Assembly: GCF_009914755.1 (NCBI RefSeq)
Contig: NC_060931.1
Direction: 5' to 3' (one strand)
Source: the human T2T-CHM13v2.0 reference genome, Homo sapiens
DNA length: 64,000 nucleotides
The position numbers and the translations under genes are program-made. The notes below the pieces were generated by a model. The model made no database searches. It was not told where the DNA came from and saw only the letters and a program-made list of their open reading frames with translations. Below, one piece after another: positions 61,519-64,000 of the stretch. Within the stretch, counting starts at the first letter, position 1; each line of letters starts with the position of its first letter.

Positions 61519-64000
61519 ACTTCTCTATTTTTTTAACGTGATTTCTTTATGTCTTTGAATAGGCTGAACATCTCATTTTAAATTTTATTAGATTGTCCTA
61601 TAAAGTTGATTTTATTAAAAGCATTGTTTTTCTTTTGGTTATTGCTTTAATTTTTCTTAGTATACTAGTTCTCCATAGTTCCCCCAATATTAATTTACCA
61701 ATGTAAGGTCCTTGGTCTCCAAGAATTTTAGAATTTAGATGGGTTTATTTCCTTTCTTATTCTGTTATCTTATTTCCTGCACAGTTGTCTCTATCTAGTA
61801 ATTTTGGAATTACTTTCAGCTCCTCAACTTCCTCAGACTCCAAAAAATGGGTCTTAAAATAGGGATTTAGGGTGTCTTTTACAAAAGTTGAATAAACAGC
61901 ACATCCATTAATAGGATCAATGTTTCCAATAACAATAGCGTACCTGTGCTGTACAACCTCACTAGGTCCACACTTTTGTATAAAAATGTAAGTCTAGACA
62001 TTTATAAAATGTTAGTGTTCGCTTTCCTTTTCTTTGGGGGGCAGGCAGTGGTTCTCGCTCCAACATACTGGCTTATCACAAGTTCAGTTTATAGAATTTT
62101 TAAACTAACAAGTGTTATTTTCTTTTGAATAATATTCATTTGTAAGGAAAATAAATTCCCATGAAGTGATATTTTAATGAATTTTCAATAAAAATAAACT
62201 TCAATCCAATTTCTAAGAGAATAATAGATTAGAAAGAAAGAGCACAAAGCCTATTTCATTCTGTGAACACCAAGAGAAACTTTCTAGGTCTAATATGTCT
62301 TGTGTCTCATAGCTAGGTAAGATGAGGAAAATTAGATGGGGTCCCCCAAAAAAAGAGCAAATAGAAATTTGGAAAACTGACATGAGAGGAAAACCCGTGA
62401 AAACAAATTTCTTAGACTAGAGATGAGTTAATTGAAGGAGGATTGTTAGAGGACAATTAGGTATATGGAATCAAGTGTACATTTGACTATGAGTAACAAT
62501 TTAGAATCCGTGCATGAGACTAAATAGAGAAAAGGGAGGAAGTGAGGAAAGAAGGAAGGATAAAGGGAAGAAGAGAGTATGGATGAAAGATACAAAGGGA
62601 ATTTAGTGATAGCCAAAAACTCCCTGACTCTAAAGATTGTTAGATATTAGTACAAAATCTAATTTACTGGGGATTATTTAGAAAAGTATAGTTAGCTCTC
62701 TTTCTGAGCTAGTTTAAATGTACTTAAATAGAAGCCTTAGCTGGGAAGCCAACTTACTGAAGTTTCTTCTAGCTTAGTCATGCTCTATCATGTGCCCCAC
62801 AAAAGTTATTTCAACTTCTGCATATTCTAGGCATGAAATTCAAAACCAGTTTTGCTGAGATTCACACTTCAGTATTACTGATATAAGAGGCCTGTGAGCA
62901 CATATAAACCTTTGGATACTGATTTAAACTATACTCTAGGGCTTCTAGGGTTGTCTGCTACTTAATTAGACCTTCCACATAGGAAAATAACAATAAGCTG
63001 GTGTCCCGTCTCCAACAGATGCCTGAGCCAGATGCTCAGAGAAACACACACTCCATTTCCTATAATGTTGTCTATTGCTTATTTTTATAGTGTTAAAGAA
63101 GCCTGTCTGAGAATACTTTGAGAATTTACAATAAAAATGAATACAATATGAAGAGCAAAAGGACTAACCTCTATTTTAATATTTTTGTTGCATATGCTTT
63201 CTTATGAATAATCTTTTTCTATTATACTTTACTTTTCTCACATTTTAACTTCCACCTAGTTCTTTTGGCCATTCTTAATTGGATTTAATGTACAATGAAA
63301 AGGTACATTAAATCCCTGATTATCTACAATATACCAGAGAACTTATAATGCCTGAAATTCCAGGGGCAGACCTGAATCTGTCCACCTTAGGGAAGACTTT
63401 GATAAAATGTAATGTTGAGGGCACTGACACCTGATGTGTTAAAAAAAAAAAAAAAAAGAGAGAGAAAAGAGAAGAAAGAATACTCCTGCAAGAATGTGAA
63501 GATTTTGAAGAAAAAATAAGACTCATGATAAATTATATCCACTGTGTCATTTTCCTCAAGGCAGTCTCAGTAAAGCTTCCCAGGAGGTCATTAAAAAGAA
63601 TTCAAGAAGAAGAAGGAAGGACATCCAGCCAGACGGTAGTTTGTCCCATTTGTTTAGAATCACCACAAAAATGGTTATTAAAAAAATACCAATAATATCA
63701 CTAGTTGTTGTCTGATATTAACTCTGATGAAAGAGTACATCCAATAAAATTTTCCTAGAACTAGGTGAAAGTCTGCATTTGGTAGCATCTTGTACTTGCA
63801 GTGACATTCTTAGTAGATTCAGGAACAGAGTGAGGAATAGTAAAGAGAGTGATGACTTTGAAAGCAAATAATTTGATTTTTATCCGTTACTAGCTATGTT
63901 ACCAGTCTCTTTTCAGCTCTCTTATGTGACAGTCACATGGAGACTATAATAGCTAACAGAAAATCTTTGCTAAATCCAAGTGATAAAATTATGCCAAGAT

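Overview
AT-rich, repeat-dense primate (great-ape/human-like, judged from L1PA2-type diagnostics and Alu) genomic DNA with no recognisable host protein-coding exon, RNA gene or CRISPR array. The long ORFs are remnants of transposable elements: a full-length but inactivated L1PA4/5-type LINE-1 (19322-25562), five truncated primate L1PA copies with target-site duplications (TSDs), old L1M/L2/MIR fragments, five Alus, a complete two-LTR THE1 MaLR element, ERV1 solo LTRs, ERVL internal remnants, and DNA transposons (Tigger1, MER44, Ricksha, MER20, MER1A, MER58). Structures that repeat annotation does not explain: (1) a 127-bp-arm, 96% identical inverted repeat immediately left of the full-length L1 5' end, in the path of the L1 antisense promoter; (2) an L1 3' transduction of ~950 bp bracketed by a TSD; (3) a 217-bp inverted templated insertion copied from ~4 kb away; (4) an in-frame 135-bp duplication inside L1 ORF2; (5) a four-level nested transposon whose Ricksha TIRs share 36 identical bp; (6) a CpG- and motif-rich unique segment (~51280-51560) that may be an enhancer. 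Subfamily names are from recall of consensus sequences and boundaries of old elements are approximate.
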